Below are positions 1-13,700 of a stretch of 64,000 nucleotides of DNA, piece after piece. The notes beneath the pieces are model-generated. The model made no database searches. It was not told where the DNA came from and saw only the letters and a program-made list of their open reading frames with translations. The stretch is from Raillietiella orientalis (taxonomy: Eukaryota): NCBI GenBank assembly GCA_036172245.1, contig JAYWIR010000010.1, positions 3,472,001-3,536,000 on the forward strand. The letters are read 5' to 3'. Position numbers and translations under genes: made by a program. The first letter of the stretch is position 1. Each line of letters begins with the position of its first letter.

Positions 1-830
1 AGGAACAGATATTAGCTCTTTCGGTTCTCTTAACTCCAAACAGTTTTGAGGATTCAGGCACCTCGCACCCTTAGTAAAGTTACAAATCAAAAACACATCC
101 AGCTGGCAAATTCAGAATAACAGGGAAAATGGAGTTTAAAAAAATGCATTAGGTATCAATGACACAAATGTACTTCCGCCAATTCATTTTCTTCACTTTT
201 AGTGATACCGGTAATACAAAGTACGTTGTGCAATTTGGATTATTGAATCATTTTTTTTTTTTCGATAAAATATCATTGGCTACACAAATTCCTTTAGTCT
301 GCAGGCTGGCAACGCCATTTATACAGTGTCACTATCCTACATAAACTGCAATCTGTGAAATTGTGAAAAATTGCAAATTCTGTGAAATTGGAATGACACA
401 GTACACTTCTATTGACAGTATTCGAGATTTCCCTCACTGCTAGAAAGTAAATTAAAAAAAAAAAAAGAAAGAAGCAAAAATACGATAGCTTTAAAGAATA
501 CACACATAAAGTATCATAGCCTCAAACATGGCCTGTGAATAAATCACAACAGGACGTTTCTTCATAGCTACAGAAGACACTTCCCAGGCATCACAGATGA
601 TTTTAAAAAAAAAAATTACACACAAAACGTGAAGCTGCGGACTTCATTACCAAACCCATGAATGATCAAATTGGTAAATTGATATGAATTGCTATTCATG
701 GTTTCGAGGAAACTTGGAAAAGATTGCGTTTCCAAAGTCCGAAGTGCTCTGCAGGACTGCAAGAGATTTGGTTTACATATTGTGTCCACGATCACCACAA
801 TTTGGTTTCGACTTCCCCAATTAGGAAGTT
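1..830 (-). pseudogene. Decayed CFAP61-like (cilia- and flagella-associated protein 61) gene fragment, antisense and head-to-head with POP1
   Basis: Collinear minus-strand peptides QIVVIVDT..SFLETMNSNSYQFTNLIIHGFG (~820-645), VSSVAMKKR..(frameshift)..TGHV*GYDTLCV (~590-500) and IAVYVG**HCINGVASLQTKGICVANDI (~355-270) resemble my recollection of CFAP61 RIVVVG..SFLETL..FNNLTLISTHGLPG, IDR..KHV..PYDHLILC and IIVYG..TLLNLGV..I. There are stops, frameshifts and a missing AG acceptor near 600. The family assignment is from memory only. Confidence 0.45.
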
Positions 831-899
831 GGCGCGGCCACGTGGATCGGTGAGGCATCCATGGGTTGGGTCTGATAGCGGCGCCGCCTCGTGTTGACC

Positions 900-3800
900 A
901 TGGACCTGCAAGCAGATGATCCTTCATCCCTGGAATCTATACAAATTGCTCAATATGTAAAAAGCCATGTTAAGGAGATATCTCTTTTGTCGTACTTGTT
1001 AGGTAAACCAAAGTTAAATCCTTGTTCTCGTATCACCGAATTACGTTTGTTTCCGAGAAGGAGCACAGGCATTTTAAGGTGTAAATGAGTATTTTTTTCC
1101 CAACTAAATTTTGACACACGGTGCAGGGGTACTGTCATGTGGTATACGTCTCAATAATAGATTTCTTAAAGTCCTGCAGATGTACGACAAAGTACAAAAT
1201 TAAAGCTCGCATAAAAAGTGCAAAAGGCTTTTCTAAAAATTTTGTTCCATAAAAAAGAAATAGATGGTTTCCTTCGTATTAATTATTGAATAGTTATGAG
1301 TATATAATGTAATAATTGAATTTGAAATATTTGTTTATGCTTCATCATGTCAGAATGTGCTCGACATCCACGAATATGTTGCATCATATTAGTGCAGCAT
1401 ACATTAACAGAATATTGCACGTGCTTAAGTACTGATACCGGATTTAATTTTTCAGAACACAAAGATGAGGGACGTTGCTCTCTTCAGACAATACCCCGTC
1501 ACATGAGAAGAAGAGCTGCTAGTAATGATCCCAAAAGATTGCCCCACAAGTGGAAGAGTCTTCAGTCAAATTGCAATAAGTCAAAGTAAAAAGCTAGTAA
1601 TACCAATGTTAATTTTTTATTCATGAAAAGGAATCTCTTTAATAAACAGCTCAGCCAAAACTAAGAAGAAAAAAACGAAAGTTTCGTGTGAAGCACAGTT
1701 GAAGAGGAGAGAGAAAAATCAGTGGCTGGAAACACATTTGTGGCATGCTAAAAGATTCCATATGATTTATAAATGGGGTTTCAAAGTACCTAATTTTCCT
1801 TGTGATAAGAGTTATCATGCATGCTATAGAGCAGCCAAGAATTACTGTTTGCTACAGGTAGTTACTGTTGAAATTCATCAAAACTTTGCAAAAGACTCAT
1901 TTATTTTGAATAGCATTTCTCGTGTACTTGCTTCAAGGTCTGTCCCTTGAGGAGCTTTACTAATTACATGCAGTTTGTTCCTATTGTGATTCTACCTAAG
2001 TTGCATTGTTCAAATTAGTCTAGTATGGTTTAATTTTTTTTTGTCCATTTACTCAATATTTTGTACCCCGTACTGGAAATTTCATCAATGAAATGTCTTT
2101 CAGGATATTTCCTATCTTGGATGTATTGAAATATCTGGACCCCAACAAGTGTTAGTTAAGCATCTGAATTCTCTTTTGCAACCTGATGCTGCTTTTACTT
2201 TTAATGCAAAGATGTGTATTTCCGGATCTCGGGAAGGTTCTTTATTTTTATATGCACCTGGCAGTTATCCATTTGGTTGCATTGGCCCTGTGAAATTCTT
2301 ATGGCAGGCAGTTCCAGTTCCATACAGATTACCTGAGGTGCACAAACTATGGATCTGGTGCCATCCTTCTGTCTACTTGCGCATTGCACAAGAGATTTGT
2401 ACTGTATTTGGTATAAACTTTTCTGAATGTGATTCCAATACTATAGAAGAAACTTTTCCCACTTGTGAAGCATTCGTACCACCTCATTATACAAACGAGG
2501 CACTTGAAGTTCGAGTTGTACTTCTCAGAAAGCATTTAAATCGATTTGCTCTAAGAGGGTCTCTTTCTCATTCTGTTCTTGTTGAAAGTCTTAGAGTGTG
2601 GAATCAGGATGGTGCTAATAGGAATGTACCAGACTGGCTGGTAGACCATAAAAATGAAGTACTTCTTCAAGCTCAAAAATGGGATGTCCTGAAATGTTGC
2701 CAAAATGTAGCAGAACTTCCTGCTCACTTAGTGTTTGGCTTGTTGGTTAATGACCCACGTAAGCATTTGCCAAAGCAAAGGTTAAATATGAACAAAGCCG
2801 TTGTTTCTTCCACAAACATATCCTGGGATGCATGGGGTAAGCATTTATAGGATTCTCTTTAAACTGTTGCTTTTCTATATCTATCTTGAAAAGACTAGTT
2901 ACTTTAAACTTTAGGAGATTTTGCTTTTGTTTACATTTGAGAGAATTCCTATGTGATAAAAGCAAATTTAGTTTGAATTTCCCTTAATTATTACCTTTTA
3001 TTGTTTATTTTTTGTTTCAAATGTTTTTGCATGCTACTTGAAAATAATGCTCCCAGAATGGATGAATCTCACAATGGATTCATCATCATGAAAAATGCTC
3101 TCATTTTTCATGATGATGAATGGGAATTCGATAATGAGTATCAAAAAAAAATCAATTTGATTTTATCCTTTGATGTTGAAAAGAGATATGTGTTTTAACC
3201 ATGTGCTCAGATATTTGGCATTGAAAAACTAGACCTGCCCATTACTGATAAACATTTCACTCTGAGAAAGCAAATACTTTTATTTCCAAGGGAATGCTTT
3301 TGTCATCATCTAACATTTTAGTAAATGCATCACAAGCAACCACTGTATCAATTATATGATGTGAAGGGCATGACAAGTTAGAAATCATTAACTAAAGTGT
3401 AAAGTAGATTCCACAGAGACTTTATTTGTGGGCAGGAAGCTATTGCTTGTTTGTTTCTAATGCTTCTAGAGCCCTATATCTGAGAATCCAATATTTCCAT
3501 TTCATTACTATTGGATAGTTTTAAATGAAGTTAGGAAACATTTGAAATACACCTCAAATGTATTTTTATTTTTAGCCCCTATATGTATAAAAATGGGCTA
3601 AGTTAAAAGAAAGTAGATCATGCTAAATGAGAATTTGAGCATACACTTGCTCAGTTACAAGCTTACACAAGCTTGTAACTGAGCAAGTGAATTTGATTTG
3701 AGATGAATCAAAGAGAGCATACTTTGCAACTTGCTAATTAAATGAATAGGTAAAATTTCTTTTCCAAATAAATATTTTCTACGTACTATTCTTACAGAAA

Positions 3801-5599
3801 ATGTGTAGTGCAAATGCCTCCCAAACTTGCTGTGATATCCTTCCAAAGCTGGTAGACCTTGTAGTAAAAGATTTGTTTGCTTAGTTTGCAATTATAAATG
3901 TACATGTGAAACAGAATTAGCACAGAATAAACCAAGATTTGACATTTAAAATAGCATTTCTCCATAATGACAGCATTGTGACAAAACTTGCTTGATATCT
4001 GCTCTTGAATGCTTCCTAATCATTGTCATTGAGTGCACAATAATTGTAACTAAATGTGAATGTGCAAAAAAAAGAAAAAACAGAAATTCGAGTTACTTTG
4101 CGGTTATAATTAGGATTGAACCTTATATCTAGAGCACAGTGTTTATCAGCTCAACTACTACCAAGTCAGCTATAGCTATAAAAGTCTTAGCTAAAGTTTT
4201 TGTGAAAAGTTGAAATCACAAACTATTGTGTAATCTTAACCTGTCTATAACTAATGACTAAAAGGTTGCCCTTTTGTCACCATATGAAAATTATTTACAG
4301 TGGCAGAGACAACTTCTTTTACTTATGGACACAGTTGGTCTCCACTTTATGATTCCATAGTAAGGAAGAGTGTGAGTGAATGTTTGACGAAACATAGAAG
4401 TACATGTGTGGATTTTCCTATTCCCATTATTTTGGTACAGCAGCCTGGAGGAGTACAGCAAGCAAAAGATTCCTTGAGAAAACCAGGTATTAATGAATAA
4501 GATTGGAGTTTTCAAAAGCGGTGTTTAGGTTTTGCTAGTGGCTGGGATTTAATTTTACCCAAAAATTGTGGTATGGCTTTTTGGATTAGTTTGATCTACA
4601 GAGGTGCTAGAGCAGGAGGCTTACGAGAAAAATATAGTTTGGACTGTGAACAGGAACGGCCGTCTTTTCCTCTTCTTTTTCCAAATTGCCCAGGAGTAAA
4701 GGCAGAAGAAAATGCAGATTCCCATGAGATTGAGGAAAAATATTGGAGGTAATTCTTAGGGACTGATTTTGTATTGTATCACCTATGAATTTTTCAGGCA
4801 CCCACCTAGTCAGAGACCAAATTTCATTAAACTTGGCATCCAGTCTCCTTTCTGTTTCCCTTGGGATACTTTATTCTCATCAGAAGCCAATAGAAATAAG
4901 GATTTTTTTGTACTTACTGATAATATAGTGCTTGAGCAGTTGCAAAATAGTTTCAGATCAGTAGAACAAAAACCAACTAACTTTACTGATTCTATATATC
5001 AGTTTCTTGCCAAGTTCCCTTGTGCTCTTGTGCCAGTGGTGATTGAAATGATTTCAAAGGGCACACCAAAAAGACGAGCATTTATTTGTGCCCCACTTGA
5101 CTCGGATTTGCTTGCAGACAATGACCTGTGTTTTGTTGAAAATAGTAAACCTGATTGTAATGCTAAGAAAAGAAAGTTATTGCATGCAGAACATCAAATC
5201 CAACTGAAAAGGACTAGAAAGATTCGAAAGCATAATCAGCAGATTGTTTTGAAAAACTCATTTGAAAATTCCGTGAGTTCAAAAACTAAAGAGAAAGAAG
5301 ACACCTCGAATTTGATGCAGTGCATTTACACCAAAACCATGCAGAAACTGTGGCTTCTTGATTCAGAAGCTGAAGAAAATTTCTCCAGAACTGTTATAGG
5401 GTTTTTAAAATACGGGCAGTTCAGCTTCGTATCACATCATAATAAAGGAATAGGCCTGTGTTCATTGATTAGCCTGGTTAACGTAATATCAAAGCAACCC
5501 AGTAGACGAATTCCAATCGTTTTAGTGAGAAATGTGCATGAGCTTCATTATAGACGGGCATATTTACGTATTTTATCAACTGCCGATGTTTCGTTTTGA
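900..5599 (+). CDS. POP1: Ribonucleases P/MRP protein subunit POP1; 7 exons approx. 900-1002, 1456-1579/1585, 1650-1857, 2104-2836, 4301-4486, 4529-4748, 4798-5599
   Basis: POP1 motifs: [109 protein letters not shown], and C-terminal [22 protein letters not shown] introns have consistent phases. Confidence 0.95.
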
Positions 5600-5649
5600 T
5601 GGCACACGCTAACTGGTTTTCATTGGTACGTTATGTACAATGCATAAGT

Positions 5650-5655
5650 AATAAA
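5650..5655 (+). terminator. Putative polyadenylation signal of POP1
   Basis: AATAAA about 50 nt downstream of the POP1 stop codon. Confidence 0.5.
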
Positions 5656-6269
5656 TTCAAGCCCACAGCCTTGGAAAGTAGCTTACTGGTAACACTCTGA
5701 AGTGCACTTCCCTGGGAAAACTGATACAAAAATTTATATCAGAGACTTCTGATTGCCATTTTGTTGTTTACTGATTACCGAGGAATAGCACTCCACCAGG
5801 TGCATTACTCTTAGTTTCAGAGTGTAGTTTTTCCGTGTCTTTTTCCACCACATGAGACCTAAAAGGCACGTTGACCGATTCTCGTTGACCACCCTGAATA
5901 AAAGGATGATTTGATTTTCAGATTTAGAATAACGAATACGGAACTTGCGTATGTGCTGTCTGTCTGTTAGGAAAGGGATCGAACATAGTGATACAAGCAA
6001 CCATTTTTTGTGACTTGCTTGGAGACTTGAGCAGCTGGCACAAATCCTGTGCCTGTACAGTACAGTTACGATCCATCCTCACTCACAATCATTCGTTTTG
6101 AAAAATCCCACGGCAAAGAACAATCCGTGATTCGATGTGATTCGAATAATGACTTCATGAATAATGTGAGAATTTCGAACTCAACTGGAAACGAGGTTCG
6201 ACGTCCCCACGAGAACCATGGAGCATATCGGTTGCTGCTGTTAAAATTATTACATGACCTGATTGACAC

Positions 6270-7110
6270 ACTTGGCAAATCACATTACTGGAGATGATGC
6301 AGGATCGTTTGCCCTTGCAGCACGGTTTGCGTGCTGCTTCTACTCGGGAGCTGACGCCAGTCGGCATTGACTGCTTTCAAAGCAAAACGTATATGGAATG
6401 AAAGTCCGAACACTTCGGTTCCCGAGGAATAAAAGAGTCGGCGTGATCACGCGTCCTAATAAGGCGTAATTGACGTGTCTGACCGATAAGAAGGGAACAG
6501 ATGACAGTCCATTAGCGAGTCATGAATCCTAAATCTTCCACTGTTCACGCATTTTCGTGTTTCCGAATGTGTCTAGAAGAAAAGGGTGTCCTTAGTTTAC
6601 TTCCTTGTACACGCTAACATCTGAAAGAAGAAATCGTGATCCATGGTGATGCTGCAGTGACCGAGGTCGAATTCCAAGAGCACTTGCACGTACAATCAAA
6701 CCGAGATTACTTCAAGTACATGCTGAGAAGAACTCGATCAGGTTTTGCTGTAGTTTTGAGACAGCCCACACGAACTTGGATGTTTTGGTACGAGAACAAG
6801 GAACCTCTTCCGGTTACCATCAACAAGGGGTTGCAGAATGCAAGACGACCTCAGGGAAACGCTACTCAAGGAATGAGAAAGCAACACACTGATGTCACAG
6901 GATAAGTGCACCAAATGAACACCGCGTGCGGCTGGGTGCTGCTGAAAGTTAAACTTCGTTTCTACCATTAGCAAAAAGGGAAAAGAACCTGGACATGTGG
7001 ATTCCCTGGATAAATAGTTGTACGCGTCGTTTACTTTGGACAAAAAAACTGGCACTTGGCAAACTTGTAGTGAAATTGTGGTGAAAGGAGAGCGCATAGT
7101 GAAATGTATC
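6270..7110 (+). mobile_element. Highly degenerate Ty3/Gypsy-like integrase remnant between the converging POP1 and Piezo 3' ends
   Basis: Interrupted + strand peptides DDAGSF..DASRH, LLP..EEIVIHGDAAVTEVEFQEH and LQNARRPQGNATQGMRKQH..GWVLLK follow the order of a Gypsy integrase core and C-terminal region. The stretch is locally CpG-rich and has multiple stops. Confidence 0.4.
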
Positions 7111-7754
7111 GTAAACTGCCTGGGCTAAGGATGAAGGACGGGGAAGTCGGTCTTTTACCAAAGTAATCATACAATACGATGGGAACTGCGCGCTGAGAAC
7201 TATGAACCCTTGCCACTTAGAAAACAAAAACAAATTTGAAGGATTCTCACTAAATTGGGCCCCGAGAAGCACATTTGTGTAAATTTGGAAGTCAGAAAAC
7301 AAATCCTTTTTTTTTTTTCTTTGATATATACATGTATGTGATATAGCGATAAGATTACACTTTTCTGAATGTCTAGATCAATGGAAACAGTTTTTATCGA
7401 ACAGTTTTTATTTTTTCACATACACACTATCCCAGAGTATCACATCTAGGAATGATTTTTTTTTTTTTTTTTTCCCTGACTTTTACAAATATGAATATCA
7501 AATAATGATTCACGCTGAAACAGCACCTCGAGTAAATAGAACTTTTTTTTTTCTTTTTTTTTCTACAAATAACTAAACACATTAATATGATTGATACAAA
7601 AGTGATAGAAAAATAATAGAAAATTCCCAATAATCATCATGAGCTTGAGTTACAAAAAGGGTGATCACTGCAAAAATGTGTGAGGACCCAAAAGCTATTT
7701 GGGAATCCCTGATTTCGAATTCTTGGTGGGGTAAGAACATAATTCGATAATAAT

Positions 7755-10700
7755 TCAGTTATTTTCACGTGCAGGAGGACGAGTCCACTGGATAATGGTT
7801 TCTGGAGACCGATAGAGAAATAAAAGTTTGGCATACAAATCTTCTTCCAGTGTCAAGTCTCCACATTCTCGGACCAAATATATATCCATGCACAGCTAAA
7901 AAGAACAGGTAATGCAAATCACTATAAAAAAATTTAACAAACGTTCACCTGATGAATTCTATCCACATATGGCATTTCACGAAACATAATGGTATATGAC
8001 ATATTCGCGAAAAACTGTCGAACCAGTTTGCTAGCCAACAGCACCAAAGTCGTGTATAAACCTATAATCCTTAAATACATGGGATAATGCGTCAAATTCA
8101 TGTAGAACATACCCTCCTGCTGAAAGGAAACTCAATTCGGAAGGGAAGACTCTGTCACTGAATAAGTACATTTCCAAGAATTCACATTCCTGACTCAAAG
8201 GCAACCATGAGTAAGCATCATCAGAGCAATCTTCTAAGACTTCCCACCACTGAATGTCTTTATTTCTTCTTAAACGTATGGAAATATTACGATAAGCGTC
8301 AAGATCATGATCTAAAACCATATAATTAGCATCAGGTGCATGGGACAGTTGATACATTACCATAAGCTAGACTAGGGATGTACTTGGCTTGTGCATTACT
8401 AACACGAATAAACTTAGGAAGGGCATTTCTGATTAACACTGATGTATTTAGGGATGCACTACTGAGTACTGCTGCTAGCATTAATCTTTCTTTGCTTTGA
8501 CTTTGCAATTTGATTAAGTTATACCCAATAGCTGGTGGAAGGGCTGCTGCATCCCTTGTTACGCGAGAAATTGTCCATGTGACTTTTACATTGAAGGAAT
8601 AAGAAGATAGAAGATCCTGTATCAATTCGGTGTGACTAGGAGGTGAAATATTCCAAGTGTTACTAGAATTTCCTTTTAGCTGGGACAAAATCACATTGTC
8701 CGCTTCGTAATTTGCAAGAAATGTCTGTGCTTGGCGGTCTAACTGATAATGTTCTCTCAACAATTCATAATCCGTATCAGAGAATCTAAAACACTGAATT
8801 AGAGTATATGACTGCTTACTTGCATCTACCTTAAAAGGGAACCTTTCTGGGCAGACACCGAATAAATTGGATGATATCCTCCAAGAGCTACTTCCAGTGT
8901 GACATCATAGGGCTTGACGATTTGACCCACTGTTTTGTACATAGAAAACAATATAAGAGGGAACCATATTATAGCAACAATAATTAAAAATGATCCTCCT
9001 CCAAGAAGATATTTTTTCCAGGATCTTACTGCTTCCCCCCTAGGATATGGGTACTCTTTTTCTGCCCATCTTTGGCACTGCAAATAGAATGACGAAATTA
9101 CATAAATGAAAACATAAACAAGCCCTGCCGTGTACCTTTAATTCAAAAATGTGAGCGTATATATCTTCCATCTTTAACCACTCACTTAGTGACATACTTG
9201 TGTTAGTCCACATCCAATCCGTCAAGGCTCGTAGTTCGAACAGAAAGGGCACAGCCATAAAGCTAGATTTAATTTCAGCATTAGCCATCAGTCCTTATTA
9301 ATTTATAGACACAAAAGGAAAAAGATACCATACCCTTTAAACAAAAACATATTGCCATAATTATATTTTTTGCACAATACATTCCCATGTATGCGTGATG
9401 GATAACCAAAACGTATCTGATAAGCTGACAAAAGTAAGTATATGCACTTTATAAAATACCACGTCTGTGGGGCCCAGGAAGCTGTGAACTCCCTGTAAAA
9501 TGCAACCTGTGAAATAGCATCAGAATCCCATTTAATCAACCTACCGTTCAGTCAATTTGGGAAGAAGAAAGAACATCCAAAGATGAATGCCCACTACCAT
9601 GACTAAATGAAAAATAAGCTTCCCGAAAATGTACTTCCTCAAATATATAGCACGATCTACTACAATAAGCGCAAACTGGACGATTAGCATAATTAAGAAT
9701 GGTACAGGAATTCTGTTTTCTCTCAAATAAGATGATATCCCATGATCGCCTTGGACATTCTGTTAGAAATTGCAGTTTACGCGAATGATGCCTCCTCTCA
9801 TATACTTACTTCAAAAGAAGCGAATCCAAAAAAAATTACTAGAAAATTCAAGAAATCGCAAAAGAACATAGCTGCATACAGATCAACGGGGGTTTTGTAT
9901 TGAGTATCCAGAGCATCTCTGTAAAGATTTATCCAAGGCGCACAGTATCTGCTAAAACAATAGCTGAAGGAATAAATCTATATTCAATGAAATTTTACTT
10001 CAAGATGGACTTAAAGCGATGTTTTTCCTGCACAGGCGCAAAATCCATTTTAACACTTGATTCTTCTAACTTCTTGGGCAGAATAGCAGACGATGAAGTA
10101 CTATGCTTTTTGTCATTCATCCACAAGCCCAAATTCTGAGACATCGGAAATTTAATGATTGAAGTGTCTACACGACATTACCTTCTGCATGAAACGATGG
10201 AAAAATATCATCAATAGTACTAACAAATCATAGATGGCATAATTATCTTTTTTTTCTATTCCTAGTATTTTTGGTGGCCAAAAAGGATCTGTCACGTATG
10301 GGTTACGATTCCAATAATAAAAATCAAACTGAAACATGTACTTTACAAGAATAACTGCCTGAAAATTTGATTACTTTCCCTAAATTAAATTGAACCATTC
10401 TTACTTCAACATATGCTAACACTGTTATCCAAAATGTGCGAGATGCCCTTGGTACACAAAGGCTACCCCAGAGAAATACCATTAAAGGCAAAGGAAGAGA
10501 CAAGATGCTAGCTGATTTCATCTGATTGATGCATATCATTATAAAGCACAATAACTCAGAATGTGAGAGGAATGTGTACCAAAGAGACATCAACAGATGG
10601 TACATGACATTATTTCTTTTTGAAGATGCAAGTGGTAATCGACAGGCCTCAGTTCTGCTTACACACATCTTATTACAGATACTCTGATGACTATAACTCA

Positions 10701-13700
10701 CGAATCAGGTAAACTGTCCTGCGAATGACTATCTGTAAATTCCATTTCCACTTGGGTTTCCCTAGAATAAATGACAATCATAAAAACCATATACATATTT
10801 TGCAGGGAATTTCGTTTATTTAGAACTGAACCTTCATTCTAAAAGAATGATATGACTGTCAAGTGCATCACAGCGAACACTTAAAAGTATAAAAAAACTA
10901 AGAAATATGATTGATTAGGAGTTCCGTAAATAAACAGAAACAGTGTGACACCCTACTAATTCTGACAAGGTATGACTAAGAAGTTAATGCCTTTTTGGTG
11001 TAATTAGGTATGGTAATTAGTTGCAAATCAATATTTTAAGAATCTGGTATAAAAAGCAAAAGAACACCTGGGAGCATAAAGTGCGAATTAAAGGGAACCA
11101 GACACAATATTCACATAAACTAAACTGATAAAACGTATCATTTAAGCAAAAATGTAAACTCTGAACAAGATAATTACAATATTCTGACGATGAAAATAAT
11201 ATAAATAAACGGCAGGAGCTTTAAAGCAGGCTAAAATAGAGCAATGCTATTTTAAATATACCTGAATAAAACGAAAACATGCTAAAACAAAGAGAAAAAT
11301 CATCTAATTACAGATCATGAACAAATTTATGGATCTTGAATGGATCGATGAGTTTTACTCTAGGAGTATTGAGCCCTGAATCGAACATTTTCGCACTGAA
11401 CTTAACTTTACCTTGGAACATCTGCTTGCCCTGAAAACTCCTTTAAAGATTGATGGTCATGTCCGCATAATCTGGCCTAAAGACACACATTAGATCACAA
11501 AAATCAAGTATGAAATTTTTTGAACTGAAAATTTTTATATATAGGACTTTGAAAACATTTGCTTGTCAAAGAAGTACAGAAAACTGACAATAAAGAGGCA
11601 CAAAAACCTTCAACTCCTTTTTTTCTAGGGACAATTGGACAGCGATGTAGCGATAATTTCTTGATAGCTGATTCAGTCGTTTGATCAGGCTTATCATTAT
11701 GCTCCTCAAAAAATGCATCCCAAAACTGCACCACTTTTTCAACTTGCTTAAACTTTTCACTGCATTCAAAAGCTACCAATGTATCAAATGAGAATTGACC
11801 TTACCAGTTTTTGGAACTTCTTCTTCACTGTCTTTGGAAAACTTTTGTGGTAAACTATCATCTGGAGTTATGGGCTGAAATACACCAGCATTTGAGGAAC
11901 TAGGAAGAGAAGCCTACAAAAAAGTGGCACTTGGCAAATAATATTTTAAGAGTCAAAAAGACAAGACAAGACAAAAAACAAAACAAAACAAAAAGCATAT
12001 CTGCTTGCTATTAAAAATTTACAAATACAAACACTTGAAAACAGTATCAAAATAATATCCAAATTCCTATTTCAAAAATTGTCATTCTGTAAATGTTTAA
12101 GATTAAAATCATAAAACTCCAAAAAACATTGTCATAAATTATGATTATTTTTAACATAAAAGTATTCAATACCTGATCTTGTGAAAGACTACGACTGGAA
12201 ACCTTATCAGCTATTTGGGCTGCTGCCACAGTTTTTTTTAAATCCTGTGTTTTCATTGCTGTATCCATCAACTAACCCCATAAAAAAATAACAATGTTGA
12301 CATTCACTCAGGGGTACCTCTGTGACAGTCATTCCAGGAAGTTCATCACATGCTTCTTTCACAGTGCTGTCTTCTTCTAGCCGAGAATCATCTATACTTT
12401 CAAACATGTAATAATCTCCTGAGCGTATGGCTGAAATTATTGAGAATTTATTGCAATGATTCAATCTCTACCTATGAAAACAGATACACTAGGTGATTAT
12501 TAATTTAGTAAATCTGACTAGCATACTCCTATGAATTTCAAGGTATTTCCTTATGGTACAGCCCTTTATGAAACAACCAGAAAATAATGTCATTGGTCCA
12601 CATACATGATAACACTAATTCACAAATGAAAAACAGATCAGAGATTCCAAGATCATTTTTTTTTATTGTGCAAACACTTGTGCATGACTAATTAATTACG
12701 TTTGTACTAAATTTGTAGTTTTTAGTTTAAAAAAATAAGAATCCAAAAAAGATTTCACAAAAAAAAATTAAAAAAAGGAAGTGAAATCATTTTCGGCAAA
12801 AAAATTTTTATTTACATTTCAGAAAAAATTCTCATTTATGTGTTTTTCGCTAGCCTTACCAAATTGGATGTTCATCACCATATACAATGCTTTGTGCAGT
12901 AAACTTTAGTTACATCGAGCAGTAAATAAAAGCATTAATCAAAAATATTTTTGAAAAATAGCTTATACTGGTGTTTGAAATCTGAAACATAATGTTTACA
13001 AACAAACTGTCCAGAAAACATTAGGAAATCAACGTAAATCACCCAAACTCAATATGCAGACATCAAAGAATTGCAATACGGTAAATTTCATGTGCTTTGA
13101 ACTGTTAAAGCTAAACATAACGTAGAGAATACACAATAAAAAAATTAGGTAAGAAGTGAATTTCCATACCACAGTTAAAATGCCAAGCTTACACAATAGA
13201 GAGAGATTGTGAGAGTAATGATACACAAGTTTTTATGGATATTCAACTATACTTCGAGAACAAACAAAAATGTCATGTGCATATAGATCATTTCAACTAC
13301 TGGACAACAGCTAAAAAAAATAACTACATACACCTCTATGTATGGTGAAAAACAAATGTATTATGAGTGCTATGAGAGAAGGAATTGAGTTTTTTAGAAA
13401 GAAAGTGTAATCTAAAGTTGGACTAAACAATTACTGAAATCATTTAAAGTAGAATTAAAATTAATTTAAAGTAAAAAAAAATTGATGAACATTATTCATA
13501 ATTTATATAGATTTAGTAAATCTATCTTATATAATGTTCTGTCCTATTTGATATCTTGAGTACACAAGATGTTCACAGCTTCTACATTGAGAGGCCTATA
13601 ATACAAAATTTTTTTTTTACTTCCTTAGTGATGATTAAATATATTGTTTACGATAACGATCTTATGCTTAAAAATTATTTACCTTCAATATGATACTGTG

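Noticed and set aside
7690..7757. Stop-codon readthrough of Piezo
   Set aside because: The TGA is followed by A rather than the leaky C context, and only a short nondescript extension follows.
11250..11285. AG|GT recursive-splice-like site or 20-nt microexon in a Piezo intron
   Set aside because: The flanking exons already join in phase, a 20-nt exon would shift the frame, and the intron is too short to need recursive splicing.
11760..11804. Apparent in-frame TAG (readthrough or a 32-nt intron) in Piezo
   Set aside because: A 45-nt GT-AG intron with the correct phase removes it.
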